A stretch of 64,000 nucleotides of DNA, from assembly GCA_024275575.1 (NCBI GenBank), contig JAJRYV010000130.1, positions 60,565 through 124,564 on the forward strand, written 5' to 3'. The notes below the pieces were generated by a model. It saw nothing but the letters and a program-made list of their open reading frames with translations. It had not been told where the DNA came from and made no database searches. This DNA comes from a bacterium (lineage in GTDB: Bacteria > Zhuqueibacterota > Zhuqueibacteria > Zhuqueibacterales > Geothermadaptataceae). Shown piece after piece: positions 48,066 through 57,310 of this stretch (position 1 is the first letter of the stretch; each line of letters starts with the position of its first letter). Position numbers and translations under genes: made by a program.

Positions 48066-48443
48066 ATGGCAAAAAAAATATTAGTCGTCGATGATTCGGC
48101 GACGACACGATCATCGGTGCAATACATTTTAGCACAGGCCGGTTATTCCGTTGCACTGGCAAACGATGGCTCTGACGGTTTGCGAAAAATCGAGGAAGTG
48201 ACCCGCGCCGGAGACACGTTATCGATGATCATTACGGATATTAACATGCCGGTGATGGATGGCATCAGATTTACGCGCGAGGTGAAAAGTGGACCGCACC
48301 GTGGAACGCCGGTGCTCGTTCTGACAACGGAATCACAGCAATCCAAAAAACAGCAGGGTAGGGAAGCGGGCGCTGCGGGCTGGCTGGTCAAACCATTCCA
48401 GCCGGATCAACTTGTAACCGTTGTGCGCAAACTGGCAGGATAG
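48066..48443 (+). CDS. cheY: CheY-like single-domain response regulator
   Basis: 'KKILVVDDSATTR...MIITDINMPVMDG...VLVLTTES...WLVKPF' has all canonical receiver residues (DD, D, T, K). The ATG at 48066 is preferred to the TTG at 48045. Confidence 0.85.
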   Translation: MAKKILVVDDSATTRSSVQYILAQAGYSVALANDGSDGLRKIEEVTRAGDTLSMIITDINMPVMDGIRFTREVKSGPHRGTPVLVLTTESQQSKKQQGREAGAAGWLVKPFQPDQLVTVVRKLAG

Positions 48444-48472
48444 GACAGATAGCTATTTGACAGGAGACAGGA

Positions 48473-51184
48473 ATGGGGAAACCCGAAGAATTAATGCAAA
48501 TTTTTCTCGATGAGAGCCGGGAATTAATTGAAAGTCTGGATCAGAATATCGTCGCTTTCGAGGATGATCCGCAAAACAAACCGCTGTTAGATGATATCTT
48601 TCGCGCCTTTCATACGCTGAAGGGCAATGCCGGGCTCGTCGGTCTGAAAAAATTTGAAAAGATCGCCCACATCACCGAAGAGATATTATCGGATATTCGC
48701 GACGGCCGCGTCGAGATTACTGCCGAATTGATTTCATTTATGCTCGAAGCGCTCGATCGCCTGAAAATATTGCATGAAGCGGTGGAAAAAACCAATTCCG
48801 ATGATGTGGAAATTGAGATGGACAGTCTGTCCAAACCGACAGGCGACGAAACGCAAAATGATCAATCTGTGACGCCGGAATCATCAGATTCTGTCCAGGC
48901 TGAAGAGACCGCTATCGAAAATGAAGTCGTCTCTGAGGACGGCTCCTGGGGGCTTTTCCCTGAAAATATTGAAGATAGACCCATGGAAACCGGCGATAGC
49001 CGCGAGGAACTGATCGAGCAAGCTGATGAGTTCGAAACCGCGGCTGAATTGAGTTCGAATGCGGCAAAAGCTGCCGGTGAGGCAGCAACGAAAAAAACGG
49101 ACGTGCCCGAGAGCTGGAATAAACCTGAAACCGCGATCCGTGTTGATGTCGGGTTACTCGACAGGATGATGAATCTTGTTGGCGAGCTGGTACTGTCACG
49201 TAATCAGATTTTGCAATTCGTACCGCAATTTGAAAATTCTAATTTTGCCTCGACTTGCCAGCGGCTTAACCTGGTGACGAGTGAATTACAGGAAAGCGTG
49301 ATGAAAACGCGCATGCAGCCAATCGGCAATATTTTTAATCGTTTTCGCCGTGTAGTGCGGGATGTCGCGAAGGATACCGGCAAACTGGTCAATCTGAAAA
49401 TTGAAGGACAGGAAACCGAGCTCGATAAAACGATTATCGAAGGCATTCGGGACCCGTTGACGCATCTGGTGCGCAATGCGATCGATCATGGCATTGAAAA
49501 CGAAAAAAAACGCAAAACCCAGGGCAAACCTCCCTGCGGCACATTAGTTTTGCGGGCATATCACGAAGGCGGCCAGGTCAATATCGAGATCATCGATGAC
49601 GGTGCCGGAATGGATGTGCGAAAAATCAAGAATAAAGCCATCGAGAGGCAACTCATCACGCCGGAGCAGGCGCAGAAAATGGCGGATAAAGACGCCCTGG
49701 GGCTCATTTTTCAGCCGGGATTTTCCACTGCCGCCAAAATTACAAATATTTCCGGCCGTGGCGTCGGTATGGATGTCGTGCGTACCAATATCGAAAAAAT
49801 CGGTGGTTCGGTTGAACTCAACAGCATCCACGGGCAGGGTTCGACAATTAAAATAAAGATTCCCCTGACTTTGGCGATTATTCCGGCGCTTGTTTTAAAA
49901 TGTAATGACCAGCGTTTTGCCATTCCACAGGTGAGTTTGCTCGAACTCGTTCTGCTTGAAGGCGATAATATACGACAGATCGAAAAAGTAGGCGATGCGG
50001 AAATTTACCGTTTGCGCGGCAAGCTGTTGCCGATAATCCGTCTCAGCGAGATGTTGAAATTACCGGCCAGGGCGCCATTACCAGAGGAGGCGGTCAGTAT
50101 TATCGTGCTTTCGGCCGATAATACCGAATTTGGTCTCATCGTCGATGAAATCCTCGATACGGAGGAAATCGTCGTCAAACCTCTGAGCAAACATTTGAAA
50201 AATATCCGTGCTTTTGCCGGGGCAACGGTGATGGGGGATGGTAAAGTTGCCCTTATTCTCGATGTCGTCGGGCTGGTGGAAAGAGCGGCTTTGCAACTGG
50301 ATAAAGGCGCGCGAGAATTGCATAGCACTGAGGCGCAAAAGAAAGCCGAGACCGGAACCTTGCATACTCTACTACTTTTTACCCTTGCTGAAAATGAATA
50401 TTTCGCCGTGCCATTATCGCTGGTTGCACGCCTGGAAACTTTCCCGGCAAACGCGGTCGAACAGGCCGGCAGTAGCCCGGTTATGCAATATCGCGGCAAT
50501 ATCATGCCACTGATTCGCCTTGATTCAGTGCTGCCGGTTAATCCGATGCCGGAAAATGAGAATATTTCCGTGCTCACTTTCAAAGTCGACAATAATGACG
50601 TCGGGCTGGTGGTCAATGAGATTATCGATGTCATTGAAACGCGCGACAAACTGGATAGTGAGGCGCTGAATGAATCCGGTATTTTGGGCTCGGTGGTGTT
50701 AAACGGCAAAGTGACCGTTCTCGTCGACGCCTTTGAAATCATCAAAGGGGAATTCCCGCACTGGTTCGATAAAAAAGGGCTGGGGCCGGAGATCGAATAC
50801 GAAAATCAGCGGGTACTCATCGTCGATGATTCGACGTTCATTCGCTCCACTTATCGCACCTATCTCGAACCCGAAGGTTTTACGATTGTCGAAGCTGAGA
50901 ATGGTGAAGAAGCGCTGGAAATCATTTCCGCTGACAGCTTTGATTATATCATTACAGATATCGAAATGCCGCAAATGGACGGGCTTGAGCTGACAAAAAA
51001 TATTCGTGCCAACAAAAAGCTGCGTGATTTGCCGATCATCGTTTCTTCCAGTCTGGCGAACGAGGACGATATACGGCGCGGCAAGGAAGCGGGTGCCGAT
51101 GCTTATCTGAAGAAAATTGATCGCGTTAGTTTGCTCAACGCCCTGGAAATGGCCTCGACAGAAAATGAAAACGGGGAGAACTAA
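48473..51184 (+). CDS. cheA: Hybrid CheA histidine kinase: Hpt - acidic linker - dimerisation - HATPase - CheW-like x2 - receiver
   Basis: Hpt 'FRAFHTLKGNAGLVGL'. P3/P4: 'IRVDVGLLDRMMNLVGELVLSRNQ', 'DPLTHLVRNAIDHGIE', 'DDGAGMD', 'GRGVGMDVV'. First CheW-like domain: 'QRFAIPQVSLLELV...FGLIVDEILDTEEIVVKPL'. Second: 'EYFAVPLSLVARLE...VGLVVNEIIDVIE'. REC: 'VLIVDDSTFIR...IITDIEMPQMDG...YLKKI'. Confidence 0.9.
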   Translation: MGKPEELMQIFLDESRELIESLDQNIVAFEDDPQNKPLLDDIFRAFHTLKGNAGLVGLKKFEKIAHITEEILSDIRDGRVEITAELISFMLEALDRLKILHEAVEKTNSDDVEIEMDSLSKPTGDETQNDQSVTPESSDSVQAEETAIENEVVSEDGSWGLFPENIEDRPMETGDSREELIEQADEFETAAELSSNAAKAAGEAATKKTDVPESWNKPETAIRVDVGLLDRMMNLVGELVLSRNQILQFVPQFENSNFASTCQRLNLVTSELQESVMKTRMQPIGNIFNRFRRVVRDVAKDTGKLVNLKIEGQETELDKTIIEGIRDPLTHLVRNAIDHGIENEKKRKTQGKPPCGTLVLRAYHEGGQVNIEIIDDGAGMDVRKIKNKAIERQLITPEQAQKMADKDALGLIFQPGFSTAAKITNISGRGVGMDVVRTNIEKIGGSVELNSIHGQGSTIKIKIPLTLAIIPALVLKCNDQRFAIPQVSLLELVLLEGDNIRQIEKVGDAEIYRLRGKLLPIIRLSEMLKLPARAPLPEEAVSIIVLSADNTEFGLIVDEILDTEEIVVKPLSKHLKNIRAFAGATVMGDGKVALILDVVGLVERAALQLDKGARELHSTEAQKKAETGTLHTLLLFTLAENEYFAVPLSLVARLETFPANAVEQAGSSPVMQYRGNIMPLIRLDSVLPVNPMPENENISVLTFKVDNNDVGLVVNEIIDVIETRDKLDSEALNESGILGSVVLNGKVTVLVDAFEIIKGEFPHWFDKKGLGPEIEYENQRVLIVDDSTFIRSTYRTYLEPEGFTIVEAENGEEALEIISADSFDYIITDIEMPQMDGLELTKNIRANKKLRDLPIIVSSSLANEDDIRRGKEAGADAYLKKIDRVSLLNALEMASTENENGEN

Positions 51185-51666
51185 TGGATAATTATTATGA
51201 AATGAGCGCCGCAACCAACACGGCCACTTGCCAATATGCAACTTTTTATCTCGACGGTGAGTTTTTCGGCATCGACGTCATGCGTGTCCAGGAAATTTTA
51301 CGGCAACAATCGATGACGCCGATTCCCCTGGCGCCGGAATATATCTGCGGTCTGATCAATTTGCGCGGACAAATCGTAACGGCGATGGATTTGGGTAAAA
51401 AATTGACCAATCGCCCTGGTGAGTGTAAAACAGATGGTATGAATATCGTCGTGGCAACGCAGGAGAATTCCCTCAGCCTGGTTGTCGATGAAATTGGCGA
51501 CGTGCTCGATATCGATGATGAAGCGATTGAACCCGTTCCTGCGACGCTGAATAAGATTAAAGCGAAGTTTCTCAAAGGAGTTTATAAACTAAACAACGAT
51601 TTATTGCTTTTACTGGATGTGCATAACATCGTGGAAGACGTCGATATTCGTATTGGAGCTGCTTAG
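51184..51666 (+). CDS. cheW: CheW coupling protein
   Basis: 'YATFYLDGEFFGIDVMRVQEIL...APEYICGLINLRGQIVTAMDL...LSLVVDEIGDVLDI'. The start overlaps the cheA stop (TAATG, 51182-51186). Confidence 0.9.
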   Translation: MDNYYEMSAATNTATCQYATFYLDGEFFGIDVMRVQEILRQQSMTPIPLAPEYICGLINLRGQIVTAMDLGKKLTNRPGECKTDGMNIVVATQENSLSLVVDEIGDVLDIDDEAIEPVPATLNKIKAKFLKGVYKLNNDLLLLLDVHNIVEDVDIRIGAA

Positions 51667-51744
51667 CGGCAGAACGGTTTACATAAATAAAAGTGGCCAC
51701 ATCGAAGGATTTATAAAAATAGCAAGATAAAAAGGAAAACGAAA

Positions 51745-53412
51745 ATGGCGACCCTTGACAAAACAAGAGATGAAGCAAATGAGGTAAAAATCGTTGAACA
51801 GGCAAAAATCAAATCGATTGAATCCCTGCATCCCGATGCAGTTATCCCGGTTGATGAACATGCAGACAGCGATATCCTTGGTATTTCAAAAACTGCACTG
51901 GACTGCCTGCAAACAAATGTATTTATCGGCACGACTGATTTCCGGCTGGTTTATGCCAATAAAAAAGCGATTGAGACAATTCGTTATTTAGAACCTGAAA
52001 TTAAACGTGTGTTCAATGTTGGCCTCGATGACATTCTCGGCGGCTCGATTCACCGTTTCCATCGCGATCCTGCGGCAGTAGAGAAGATTCTCACCAACCC
52101 GGCTGCTTTGCCGCACCAAAAAGCTTTCGCTTTCGGCAATGTCGTTCTCTCGACGAATATCAATGCGATTAAAGACCCAAAGGGTGAAATTCTCGGCTAT
52201 GTTGTCAACTGGGAAGATGTCAGTGAATCGGTACGGCAAGCGAAAGAGACGGCCCGATTGCATTCGGCCATTGACGGAACCTCCACTGCGATGATGATGA
52301 TCGACCGGGATTTTGTTATCACCTATGTCAACCCGGCGACGACAAAACTGTTTCAGAAACATGAAACGACTTTCCAGAACTCTTTTCCCGGATTCGACGC
52401 GAACAGCCTGCTTGGCTCCTGCATCGACAAGTTTCATGCAAATCCTGAACGCCAGCGGACATTATTGAGCAATCCGGCAAATTTGCCTTACAGTACTAAT
52501 ATTACCATCGGTGATTTGCATTTTACTCTCAATATAACGGCGATGATTGATGAGAAAGGTGATTTTATCGGAAATACGATGGAATGGTATGATATCACCG
52601 ACAAATTTCAGGTAAAAGACGGCACAGCGAGTTCGGTGCAGGAGTTGGCCAAAGCTGCGTCAAATCTGCTGGATATCAGCAACCAAATCGCAAGCAATGC
52701 GGAAGAAACCTCTATGCAATCCAATAATGTTTCTGATGCCAGTAGCCAGGTGAGTATGAATATCGATAATGTTGCCGCCGCAATCGAGGAGATGAATACC
52801 GCAATCAAGGAAATTGCCAACCGTGCCGGTGAGGCTTCTAACATCACCGATAATGCCGTCACCATTGCCTCGGGTGCCAACGAGACGATTTCCAGTCTCG
52901 GCGACAGTTCGAAGGAAATCAGCAAAGTGATCAAAGTCATCACTTCAATCGCCCAGCAAACAAACCTTTTGGCGCTCAATGCAACTATTGAAGCGGCGAG
53001 AGCCGGAGAAGCGGGAAAAGGGTTTGCTGTTGTCGCCAATGAAGTGAAAGAACTGGCAAAAGAAACAGCTTCGGCTACGGAAGATATCACGCAGATTATC
53101 GAGAAAATTCAGAAGGATACCGAAGGTTCGGTTGATTCTGTAAAACAGATTGTCAGTATTATTAAAAATATCAACGATATCTCCAACACCATTGCCGCTG
53201 CTGTTGAAGAACAATCGGTAACAGCCGCTGATGTCGCAAATAATGTTGCGCAGGCATCGACGAGCGCTGCAACGATCGTTGATAATATTGGTCAGGTGAC
53301 CCAGGCCGCAGCAGAAACTTCTGCGGGCGCGGAACAAATGCGGAATCATTCGCAGGAATTATCCGAGCTTTCCAGGCTTCTGGAATCCCAGGTGAGTAAA
53401 CTTGAACTTTAA
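51745..53412 (+). CDS. Soluble methyl-accepting chemotaxis protein with two N-terminal PAS-like domains
   Basis: No TM segment. PAS-like 'DFRLVYANKKAIETIRYL' and 'DRDFVITYVNPATTKLF'. The canonical MCP tip is 'IAQQTNLLALNATIEAARAGEAGKGFAVVANEVKELAKETASAT'. Confidence 0.9.
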   Translation: MATLDKTRDEANEVKIVEQAKIKSIESLHPDAVIPVDEHADSDILGISKTALDCLQTNVFIGTTDFRLVYANKKAIETIRYLEPEIKRVFNVGLDDILGGSIHRFHRDPAAVEKILTNPAALPHQKAFAFGNVVLSTNINAIKDPKGEILGYVVNWEDVSESVRQAKETARLHSAIDGTSTAMMMIDRDFVITYVNPATTKLFQKHETTFQNSFPGFDANSLLGSCIDKFHANPERQRTLLSNPANLPYSTNITIGDLHFTLNITAMIDEKGDFIGNTMEWYDITDKFQVKDGTASSVQELAKAASNLLDISNQIASNAEETSMQSNNVSDASSQVSMNIDNVAAAIEEMNTAIKEIANRAGEASNITDNAVTIASGANETISSLGDSSKEISKVIKVITSIAQQTNLLALNATIEAARAGEAGKGFAVVANEVKELAKETASATEDITQIIEKIQKDTEGSVDSVKQIVSIIKNINDISNTIAAAVEEQSVTAADVANNVAQASTSAATIVDNIGQVTQAAAETSAGAEQMRNHSQELSELSRLLESQVSKLEL

Positions 53413-53570
53413 GCTGGCGGCTGTTTTTGCTGTTGCAGTACCATTTCATCTGCAGCCGATAAAGCGGGCGGGATTTAAGAATGTGATTTTCGCTTGTTCC
53501 ATTACCGGCTGCCGGCCATAGGAATGATGGAAATAAGCAGAGAAATGATATTTAAACTGTCAGGGCAAAA

Positions 53571-53936
53571 ATGAAGGCACTTACAGTAGATGATTCACAA
53601 ACTGTCCGTGTGATGGTGCGCAATATTCTCGAAGATAATGAGATTGAAGTTTTGGAAGCGACCAACGGACGGGAAGCATTGCAAATCGTACAGGAAAACG
53701 AGGGTATCGACGTCATCCTGCTCGATTGGGAAATGCCCTTGATGAACGGCTATGAATTCCTCACAGAAGTACGCCGGCATAAACTCGCTGAGAATACGCG
53801 TATTATTATGCTGACGACTTTAAAAAAGATGAGCAATATATTGCAGGCCATCGATGCCGGCGCTGATGAGTACATCATGAAACCGTTCACCCCGGAAATG
53901 GTCATTGAAAAAATTGAGAGTGTTTTACACAATTAA
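53571..53936 (+). CDS. cheY: CheY-like single-domain response regulator
   Basis: 'ALTVDDSQTVR...VILLDWEMPLMNG...IIMLTT...YIMKPF', a canonical receiver. Confidence 0.85.
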   Translation: MKALTVDDSQTVRVMVRNILEDNEIEVLEATNGREALQIVQENEGIDVILLDWEMPLMNGYEFLTEVRRHKLAENTRIIMLTTLKKMSNILQAIDAGADEYIMKPFTPEMVIEKIESVLHN

Positions 53937-53946
53937 TAAAGTTTAA

Positions 53947-55020
53947 ATGATGTTGCGAATATTAGTAGTCGACGATTCAGCACTTTACCGCAAGACCATC
54001 AGCGATATTCTTAACGCTGATCCGGCAATCGAAGTTGTCGGGACGGCACATAATGGACGAATGGCACTGGAAAAAATACCGCGTTTATCTCCAGATGTGA
54101 TCACGCTCGACATGGAAATGCCAGAGATGGACGGCCTGGCAACACTGAAAATACTACGCCGTGATTTCAATAATGTGAAAACGGTTGTTTTCAGCGCCCA
54201 TACCGAGCGCGGCGCAGAATTGACTATCGAGGCACTCAACCTGGGTGCAGTCGATTTCGTCACAAAACCGGGCCGCAATCAAAAAATGGATGCCAGTCTT
54301 GAGCAGATGAAGCAGGAGCTTCTGCCCAAAATTCTGGCCTTTGCCCAGCGCAATCGAACCCGATCTTCGCTTGCTCGTGATAACAAGCAGCAACAAAAGA
54401 CAGGAATCGTTGCCGTACCGGTGCGCTCTTTTCCCCGCCCGGTTGTGAAAAAACGACAGGTCATCGCCATTGGTGTCAGCACCGGTGGCCCGAAAAGCCT
54501 GGAAGTCTTCTTTCACAGCTTGCCCGCATCTCTGAATCCGGCGATTCTGATCGTGCAGCACATGCCGCCGATTTTCACCCGCAAGCTCGCAGAACAACTG
54601 GGTCGGGATGGGAAAATCCCGGTCTGTGAAGCACAGGATGGCGAAGTTATTAAAAGCGGCCACGCTTACATTGCACCCGGTGGCCAACATATGACGGTTA
54701 GAAATGGTGGTGCAGAAATAATTGTCAGTCTGAATGCCGATCCGCCGGAAAATTTTTGCCGCCCGTCGGTCGATGTGCTGTTCCGTTCCGTTGCTGAAGC
54801 CTACGGCCAACGAGCTATCGGAGTTATCATGACCGGCATGGGGGATGATGGCTGCGCGGGCAGCCGGGTGATGAAAGAAACCGGCATCCCCATCATTGCA
54901 CAAGATGAAGAAACCAGCGTCGTCTGGGGTATGCCCGGTGCAGTTGTCAAAAATGGCCTGGCTGATAGAATTTCGCCGTTGAAAAAGATTTATGCAACGA
55001 TTTGTGATTACAGCCTATGA
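53947..55020 (+). CDS. cheB: Chemotaxis response regulator protein-glutamate methylesterase
   Basis: REC 'ILVVDDSALYR...VITLDMEMPEMDG...FVTKP' plus an esterase domain with the catalytic contexts 'GVSTGGPKSL', 'IVQHMPP', 'TGMGDDGCAG'. Confidence 0.9.
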   Translation: MMLRILVVDDSALYRKTISDILNADPAIEVVGTAHNGRMALEKIPRLSPDVITLDMEMPEMDGLATLKILRRDFNNVKTVVFSAHTERGAELTIEALNLGAVDFVTKPGRNQKMDASLEQMKQELLPKILAFAQRNRTRSSLARDNKQQQKTGIVAVPVRSFPRPVVKKRQVIAIGVSTGGPKSLEVFFHSLPASLNPAILIVQHMPPIFTRKLAEQLGRDGKIPVCEAQDGEVIKSGHAYIAPGGQHMTVRNGGAEIIVSLNADPPENFCRPSVDVLFRSVAEAYGQRAIGVIMTGMGDDGCAGSRVMKETGIPIIAQDEETSVVWGMPGAVVKNGLADRISPLKKIYATICDYSL

Positions 55021-55090
55021 AAAATAAGTCAAAGTTTTACCTTTTGCAATTTTGCACTGTTTTCCTTGAAATAATATAACTTTTTTAGTC

Positions 55091-55210
55091 TCTGTTCAGC
55101 ACACAATGCGGACGCTGAGCCTGCCGAAGCTGGAGCATCCTCTCATCTTGTCCGAAACGCGCCTTCCTTCGCAAGCTCAGGGAGCGCTTCTTGCGCGCAC
55201 GCTAAACAGA
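55091..55210. repeat. ~120-bp nested-hairpin element in the cheB-cheR spacer
   Basis: The outer inverted repeat is tctgttcagc (55091-55100) / gctaaacaga (55201-55210). The inner long stem is ctgagcctgccgaag (55115-55129) / ccttcgcaagctcag (55166-55180). Confidence 0.45.
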
Positions 55211-55292
55211 TGCCCTTTTTAAAAATTTGTCAATAATGCAGGATAAAATTTCGAATATTTGAATTCGATTCATTTTCAAAGCAGACTTGCGA

Positions 55293-56171
55293 ATGATAGA
55301 AGTACAAACACAATCAGTAACCGATGACATCAGCCCATCACAAATCGATTTTATTTCCGATTTTATCTACAGAAAAACCGGCATCGTTTTAGGGCAGAGC
55401 AAGAAATATCTCATCACCAGCCGGCTCTATAGCGTGGCGCGTATCTTGGGCAAGGATTCCTTACTCGCTGTCATCGAAGAGTTGCGGCTGCGCCCGACGC
55501 GTCAATTGGAAACGCTGGTGATCGATGCATTAACAACTAACGAAACTTTGTGGTTCCGTGATAAAAAACCGTTCGATGCATTGACTTCGAAGATCTTGCC
55601 GTTTTTGCATACAGTAAAAAAGGAAAAGGAACTGAGCATCTGGTCTGCAGCCTGCTCCAGCGGTCAGGAGGCTTATTCAATCGCCATGCTGCTGCATACC
55701 TGTGATTTATTTACAGACTGGAAAATCAATATATGGGCGACCGATATTTCTTCGCAGATATTGGAACGGGCAAAAAAGGCAACATATACGCAAATGGAAA
55801 TCAGTCGTGGCTTGCCTGTGCAATATCTGTTGAAATACTTCACAGAAAGCGATGATGATAATTGGACTTTGAATGAAGTCATTAAAAAGCTCGTCACATT
55901 TGAGCATTTTAATCTCCAGACAGAGCAGGCGCCGCCGTCGAAGTTCGATCTGGTGTTTTGCCGCAATGTGCTGATCTATTTTGACCGTGAAACAAAAAAT
56001 AAAATTCTCGATAATATCCTGAAAGTATTGCTGCCGCACGGCCTGCTTCTCGTTGGCGGGGCCGAGTCGACGTTGGGTATTCACAAACAATTCCAGCCGC
56101 TGCGCTTTGATTCAGCGATTTTTTACGGCGCTGAAACCAGTGGCGCATTTTGGGCGGAAATAGCGGGTTGA
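55293..56171 (+). CDS. cheR: Chemotaxis protein methyltransferase
   Basis: CheR_N helices are followed by the SAM domain 'IWSAACSSGQEAYSIAMLL', 'IWATDISSQILERAKKATY', 'FDLVFCRNVLIYFD'. The ATG at 55293 is preferred to the TTG at 55287. Confidence 0.9.
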   Translation: MIEVQTQSVTDDISPSQIDFISDFIYRKTGIVLGQSKKYLITSRLYSVARILGKDSLLAVIEELRLRPTRQLETLVIDALTTNETLWFRDKKPFDALTSKILPFLHTVKKEKELSIWSAACSSGQEAYSIAMLLHTCDLFTDWKINIWATDISSQILERAKKATYTQMEISRGLPVQYLLKYFTESDDDNWTLNEVIKKLVTFEHFNLQTEQAPPSKFDLVFCRNVLIYFDRETKNKILDNILKVLLPHGLLLVGGAESTLGIHKQFQPLRFDSAIFYGAETSGAFWAEIAG

Positions 56172-56210
56172 TAAGAAAACAGTTAGTCGGTTGGGACAGG
56201 CAGTGAAATT

Positions 56211-57131
56211 ATGATGAATCAAATCTTGTTAATCGAAAGCAAAAGCGAAATTACCAACCTGTTCATAGCTTTTTTTAAGGGAAAAAATTTCCTTTTCCGC
56301 GCTGTTACCGATGCAGTTGAGGCCTTGCGGCTAATCGACAAAGATAAAAGCATCGAACTGGTCTTTATCAACTGTGAAAATGCCGGTATGGACGGCCTGG
56401 AATTTTTACGTATATGCAGTGTCAATCACCCGGATTTACTCGTTGTGTTGTTCTCTGATCAGATGGATACAGCAAAATTAGGCTTCGCATTGCGCTACCG
56501 GGCATTTGATTTTCTCACTTTGCCTGTTGAGCATGAGCAGATCGGGAATGTCGTCAAGCGGGCTGCTTTAACATTTAACCGCCAGGACCGGCATTGGCGG
56601 GCAGCACGATTTGTTCATGATGTCGACTTTGCCCTCACCTCGAAAGCTGCTGATTTATCTATCGAATTTATCCGTGATGCGGTGAAAAAAATGCTTTTTC
56701 GCTATACACCGATCAATAGCAATGCCGTCGAAAATATTCTCCTGGCCCTGTGTGAAGCTATCCAGAATGCCCTGGATCACGGTAGCCTCGAACTCGATTC
56801 AACCCTCAAAGACCAGCCCGGGGAAAATGATTATGAATCGATGTTTGATGTGGTGAAGCGGCAGCGCCTGGAACAGGTCGAATATGGTGGCCGTAAAATT
56901 GCCGTGCGCATGCGCATCGAAACGGAAAAATTACAGATTTCCGTTGCCGATGAAGGTGCCGGGTTCAAAGCTGAAATCAGGGATGAAGCAAGCGGCAATG
57001 TTTATGGAATGGGATTGATGCTCATCCGAAATATCGTCGACCGGGTCTATTTTAATGAAAAAGGGAACAAGATTACTTTCGAAAAAAATGTCGAATTACC
57101 AGATAATTTCGCCGAACCCGCTCCTCTCTGA
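56211..57131 (+). CDS. Pseudo-receiver fused to an RsbW/SpoIIAB-like GHKL serine-kinase (anti-sigma-factor-type) domain
   Basis: The N-terminal REC fold has substituted key residues (see findings). C-terminal N-box 'LCEAIQNALDHGSLEL', G1 'ISVADEGAGF', G2 'VYGMGLMLIRNIVDRVYFNEKGNKITFEK'. There is no HisKA/H-box. Confidence 0.7.
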   Translation: MMNQILLIESKSEITNLFIAFFKGKNFLFRAVTDAVEALRLIDKDKSIELVFINCENAGMDGLEFLRICSVNHPDLLVVLFSDQMDTAKLGFALRYRAFDFLTLPVEHEQIGNVVKRAALTFNRQDRHWRAARFVHDVDFALTSKAADLSIEFIRDAVKKMLFRYTPINSNAVENILLALCEAIQNALDHGSLELDSTLKDQPGENDYESMFDVVKRQRLEQVEYGGRKIAVRMRIETEKLQISVADEGAGFKAEIRDEASGNVYGMGLMLIRNIVDRVYFNEKGNKITFEKNVELPDNFAEPAPL

Positions 57132-57310
57132 CCAGCTGTTTCCGTGTCTGAAATCTGTCTCCGCACCGATATCTGAAATTTTTATTTCTCCTTGCATGTT
57201 TTGTTATTTGTGCTAACTCAGACAGTGAAAATCAGTAGTTATTCCTGTTTAACCACTCTTGAGCCGTCATTTTCAAACCGGAGTTGATCATTTTATTCTC
57301 CAGGTGAGGT

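Noticed and set aside
50005-50745. 246-aa Ser/Thr-rich antisense ORF inside cheA
   Set aside because: It is low-complexity and fully overlapped by the cheA CheW-like domains.
54154-54903. 249-aa antisense ORF inside cheB
   Set aside because: It is a shadow ORF, and cheB on the plus strand has all its catalytic motifs.
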